From Octopus bimaculoides (taxonomy: Eukaryota): 36,841 nt of DNA. This document shows positions 32,224 to 36,841 of the stretch, piece after piece; within the stretch, counting starts at the first letter, position 1, and each line of letters opens with the position of its first letter. A program made the translations under genes and the position numbers. The stretch spans positions 15,108,013-15,144,853 of the forward strand of contig NC_068992.1 of the NCBI RefSeq assembly GCF_001194135.2. Reading direction: 5' to 3'. The notes under the pieces are model-generated. The model did no database searches and was not told the DNA's origin. It worked only from the letters and a program-made list of their open reading frames with translations.

Positions 32224-32452
32224 AAGGCGGCAAACTGGCAGAACCGTTAGCATGACAGGGCAAAAGGCTTAGCGGCATCTTGTCTGTCTTCACGTTCTGA
32301 GTTCAAACTCTGCCGACGTCCACTTCGCCTTTCTTCCATTTCGGGATCGATAAAATAATTACCAGTTGAGCATTAGGTTCGATGTAATCGACTTAGACCC
32401 CACCACCCACTCCTGAAACTTCTGGCTTTGTGCCAAAATTCGGAACCAATAT
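32224..32452 (+). mobile_element. Family A SINE, full length
   Basis: aaggcggcaaactggcagaaccgttagc...gagttcaaactc...gtgccaaaattcggaaccaatatt. Confidence 0.9.
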
Positions 32453-33169
32453 TTCTTTAGAAATCAGAAAGACAGGTTAAAGTTCTGTCAGGAATTTGGT
32501 CTAGTGCGCCGCTGCTCTTGCTAATACGTCACTCTCATTTCTTTCTGCGTCATGTGCTTTTGTTTTTATTATTATTATTCCAGATATTTGTTTTAAATAT
32601 TTTATTGCTATTTCAGTTAATAGAATATAAAGGTTATTTGATAAAATCAATAACAATAATATACTTATTATTTAAGCAACAATGCCTCTTCCCCCGCGAA
32701 TATTCGTTTCGTGTATTGTAAAAATAAAATAAGAGAACAGCGTATTTACAACCTTAATGCATCTTAGATAATGTAGCATTTAATAATGTACATTGGTACG
32801 AGTGCAGGGTTATCTACTATTCTGTATAAATATCTCTGATATTTTATGAAGCTAATTTCATATGTAGCTCTTGTTGTGTCTTTATGACCTACCTACCTGC
32901 AGAAACCTCTCAAATTAAGATAAGCTAAAGTTTGGAAACATGTAAAATAGATAACAAGCAATCCAGCTGAGCAGACAACAATACTGGAATCTTCTTTCAT
33001 CGCGACAACTTTTGTTCGTGTTAAATATCTAAGTTCAAATACCGTTGGGAAAACAGTGTTGGTATGTTGTTGAAACCAATAAAAGAAATGTACACTAATA
33101 CGACAAAATGGACTAGGGTATGTTTTTCACAAGTCCTTAATACAATTTATTAGACTACGCAATGTTTAT

Positions 33170-33459
33170 TCATAAAGAATCATTACCACACTGGAGACTG
33201 TTACCCAAGACATGTTGCAGCATGTTTGGGAGGAACTGGACTACCGACTTGACGTGTATCGTGTCTCAGGCGGTGAGCATATTGAACATTTGTGAAATCG
33301 TTCATGGAATCCACATTCCTTTGAATTTCTCATTCAAATTTGGAGGAATAAATCTTATGTTGCTCAACATTAAGCCTGTTCAGTTTCATTTGCTTTGACT
33401 ATGTAGTTTCTATGATATTTACATCTCAAATGATATCAAATTTTTTGAAACACCCTGTA
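33170..33459 (+). mobile_element. Tc1/mariner-superfamily transposon 3' end
   Basis: 33176-33295 encodes RIITTLETVTQDMLQHVWEELDYRLDVYRVSGGEHIEHL*, a typical mariner-like transposase C-terminus. TIR-like end ttttgaaacaccctg followed by TA. No matching left TIR seen. Confidence 0.85.
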
Positions 33460-33645
33460 TATATATATGTGTGTGTGTGTGTATGTGTGTGTGTGCGCGT
33501 GTGTATGTGTCTGTGTGAATATATATATTTGTAAATATATATATAAATTTGTACATATATGTGTATGTATTTATACACACGCATATGTATATGTGCATGT
33601 GTAAAGGTATATATTTACACACACACATACACATACACACACACG

Positions 33646-33692
<47 letters not shown>

Positions 33693-34506
33693 GTAAATAT
33701 ATGTGTACATGCATGAATACAATCATGCGTATATAACACACGTAACTGTATACAAATGTCTTCGAATCTTTATAATTAAATAGAAAATAATTTCGAATCT
33801 GCTAGAAATAGTACGTAAATGTATTAATAGCACAGAATATTGACCAGCAATGATTTCGCGTTGACACTAGAATTTGATTAACAAATTGGATCCCCACCCC
33901 AAATGACCTTTCACACTTAAATCTTATGGGAGCCTTTTTAACCGAAACTCTTACAGGATTATCTATAATTTTTCTCTCGTTAATTACACTTTGTTTTAAA
34001 ATTCTATAAATACACCAAAAGGATATTCAAAGAACCAAATTTGGCGTTAATGGCAGACTGTTCGATAAAAGCTGCATTTATTTACAATGTTGGACTTTTT
34101 AAAAATACACTTCCATTAATACGCATACATAGATATGGAAGTTTCCATACACACGAACATGCACACATACACACACATACACACACACACAAGCACAACT
34201 GAACGAAACACAAAGATCACAACTTAACAGCACACAACTAACATATCATGATAGATTGTACACGCAGCCTTAATACAGCAAACATATAGATTACAAACAA
34301 TGATATATACGCACAGCAGACACAACACACATACACACATAAGCACACATGCACACACATACACACACATGCAAATGAAGAAGACACAAGCATACACAGC
34401 ACATAGACGCACTCAGCTACATTGAATCTAACCACAACCACACATGCACAGCACATACAACCATAATACAACGACAAACATACATAGCGTACAAATATAC
34501 ACACAC

Positions 34507-34558
34507 GGTGGCACACACATGGTGGCACACACATGGTGGCACACACATGGTGGCACAC
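34507..34558. repeat. 14-bp minisatellite (GGTGGCACACACAT) x3.7 within a CA-rich tract (about 34140-34790)
   Basis: Direct. Confidence 0.9.
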
Positions 34559-34828
34559 TGGCACACAGTATCATACATATACACGTACAACGTATATAAA
34601 CGCATACAGCTGCATGAACACTGCGCACACAAGACATACACACATACACACGCAAGTGTTATACAGCAACAATGTTACATATCAGACGATACGACCAACA
34701 ACATAGTGGCACCATACACATTCCATAGCACACATAAATATACACACGTACATACAACATCAAACACACACACACACACACACACAACGTGATCTAGAAA
34801 CAGAACAACAAACAAAACATATAAGACT

Positions 34829-35035
34829 TTCACCAAGAGGCATGGGGGGGGGGAGTAGGGAAGTCGATTGACTCAACGCTCAGTGCTCAACTGGTACTTA
34901 TTTTATCGACCTCGAAATGATGAAAGGCAAAGTTGATCTCAGCGACATTTGAACTCAGATCGCAAAAGCGGACGAAATGCCGCCAAGAGTTTTGCCCGAC
35001 GTGCTAACGATTCAATCAGCTCGCCGCCCCTTGAG

Positions 35036-35079
<44 letters not shown>

Positions 35080-35552
35080 CCTTTCTACTGCAGGCATAAG
35101 GCCATTTAATTTTGGGGGAGGGGACTAGTCGATTACATCGACCCTAGTTTTCAAGTGGTACTTATTTTATCGACCCCAGTGTTCAACTGGTACTTATTTT
35201 GTCGACCTCGAAAGGATGAAAGGCAAAGTAGACCTCGACGGAATTTGAACTCCGAACACAAAGACAAATGAAATGCCGCTATGCATTATGTCTGGCGTGC
35301 TAACGATTCTGCCATCTCACCGCCTTTGATGCATTTAATAATAATATTTTGTGATTGAAGCACACGACCAACAACTTTGAAGAACAGAGGTTAGTGGATA
35401 CTATTGACCCCGGTACTGATATTTAATTTAATCGATATTGGGGTGCCGAAATGCAAAGTTAAAAGTGGCAGGATTTGAATTCTGAATATAAAAGGCCGGA
35501 AGAAATTCACCATTTTTTTACCCTGACGCTCTAGCGATTCTGCCAGCTCACC
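34829..35552 (-). mobile_element. Three head-to-tail family A SINEs (34829-35032, 35079-35326, ~35345-35552) separated by AAT tracts
   Basis: Each shows the reverse-complement body, B-box and head. The middle copy has a 32-bp internal duplication (35137-35168 / 35169-35200). Confidence 0.85.
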
Positions 35553-35740
35553 GTTTTCGCTAAATATAAACACTTTGTTTCTAATAAAACCCAAAGCCTG
35601 AAGACGGGGAGAGGGCAAGTTGAGTGCTTCAGTCTGAATACGCCACTGCTTCTCTCCCAGGTTTCCTTCCAGTCCGCTGGACACCAACCCAGCATTTCTT
35701 AGGGCTCGTGCTATTGCCAGAGTGGTAGGAGATGATAAGA

Positions 35741-36081
35741 GAAGGCGCACGGCTCTGTGGTGTGAGCGTCGGGCTCACAATCACGAGGTAGTGAGTTCGA
35801 TGCCCAGATCGGACTGCGTGTTGTGTTCTTGAGCAAGACACTTTATTTCACGTTGCTCCAGTTCACTCAGCTGTAGAAATGAGTTGCAACTTCACTGGTG
35901 CCAAGCTGTATCGATCTAAGCCTTTCCTTTGGATAACTTCGGTAGCGTGAAGAGGGGAGGCTGGTATGCATGGGTGGCACCTGATCTTCCATAAACAACC
36001 TTGTCCAAACTTGTGCCACGGAGGGGAACTTTCTAGGTGCAATCCCATGACATCCATGACCGAAGGGGTCTTTACCTTTTT
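35741..36081 (+). mobile_element. Family C tRNA-derived SINE with CORE-like central segment
   Basis: gaaggcgcacggctctgtggt head, gagttcgatgcc B-box, tgtgttcttgagcaagacactttatt...cagctgtagaaatgag (resembles the CORE motif of MIR-type SINEs), tail ggtctttacctttt. Possible degenerate TSD taggagatgata / taggaagtgata. Confidence 0.8.
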
Positions 36082-36129
36082 TAGGAAGTGATACTAGGAA
36101 GGTATTGTTAACTGAACTAATGTTACTAT

Positions 36130-36410
36130 TGGACAGGGTAAGATGATGGTGATGGGGTCGCATTATTACCTTACCCGGCTAGGGTGATGAAGGTGGTGGT
36201 GGTGGTAGTGACAAGTGGTGGCAATGGTGCTGGTTGACTTAGCGCTATTACTTTATAGGGATGAGATAATGAAGATGATGATGGTGGTGGTGGTGGTGGT
36301 GGGCGCGACTCGATTCCGTTACCTCACAGGAATGAAATGACAACGGTGTTGTTGTTGATGATGACGATGATGATGATGACGATGGTGTTAGTGGTGGTGG
36401 TTGGCTGACT
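36130..36410. repeat. Degenerate GGT/GAT trinucleotide tract
   Basis: Direct. Confidence 0.85.
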
Positions 36411-36506
36411 TAAAACTAACTGGGATCCACAGCAAAAAAAGGAAATTAAAAAACATTGTAGTTAATTCTTCTTATCATGTAGATCTCTCTCTCTCCCTCT
36501 CCCTCT

Positions 36507-36560
<54 letters not shown>

Positions 36561-36841
36561 TCACACACACACACATCAGCAGCAACATATTGTGCTTATG
36601 TACGCAAACCAATTATAGCAAGAAATTATTGGGTTCTCAGATATTTTCGTTCCTTTGTTTCCAGTGTTGTTTGAATTAACAAGAAAAATGGTTTTATCTT
36701 TGTAATTTAGGTTCTTCTTCGGTTTGCTCTTCCTCTGCAACTTTCGTTTATCGTTTTTGAAATTTGAATAAATTTTATCTCTTTTCAGACTACGATGTGC
36801 AAAGCACAAAAAAAAGTTAGGAAAGAAAAAACCCCCAAAAG

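Noticed and set aside
1-36841. CRISPR arrays, operons, rRNA
   Set aside because: No regularly spaced repeat-spacer array, prokaryotic gene architecture or rRNA-like sequence; the recurring elements are dispersed SINEs.

Overview
Eukaryotic, AT-rich, repeat-dense genomic DNA from a gapped scaffold (5 N-runs). The repeat repertoire looks like an Octopus/cephalopod genome; this is recognition from memory, not verified. No complete gene, rRNA, true tRNA or CRISPR array is supported, and almost all ORFs in the supplied track are microsatellite or gap artefacts. The window is dominated by four kinds of repeat. (i) At least four tRNA-derived SINE families (labelled A, B, C and M here), with about 20 copies or fragments of family A. 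(ii) Decayed LINEs: three R4/Dong-type pieces beside (AAT)n tracts, one RTE and one CR1-type. (iii) DNA-transposon remnants: a Helitron helicase piece, a Tc1/mariner 3' end, a piggyBac-type MITE and foldback MITEs. (iv) Many simple repeats. Highlights: a near-canonical type I hammerhead ribozyme with a palindromic stem III at 5941-5999 inside a structured GC-richer module; a SINE flanked by a 195-bp direct repeat that looks like a giant target-site duplication (31125-31903); a splice-flanked exon encoding an unidentified Cys-rich peptide with an RIRR site (11938-12128); and a set of elements that share (AAT)n microsatellites as insertion sites.
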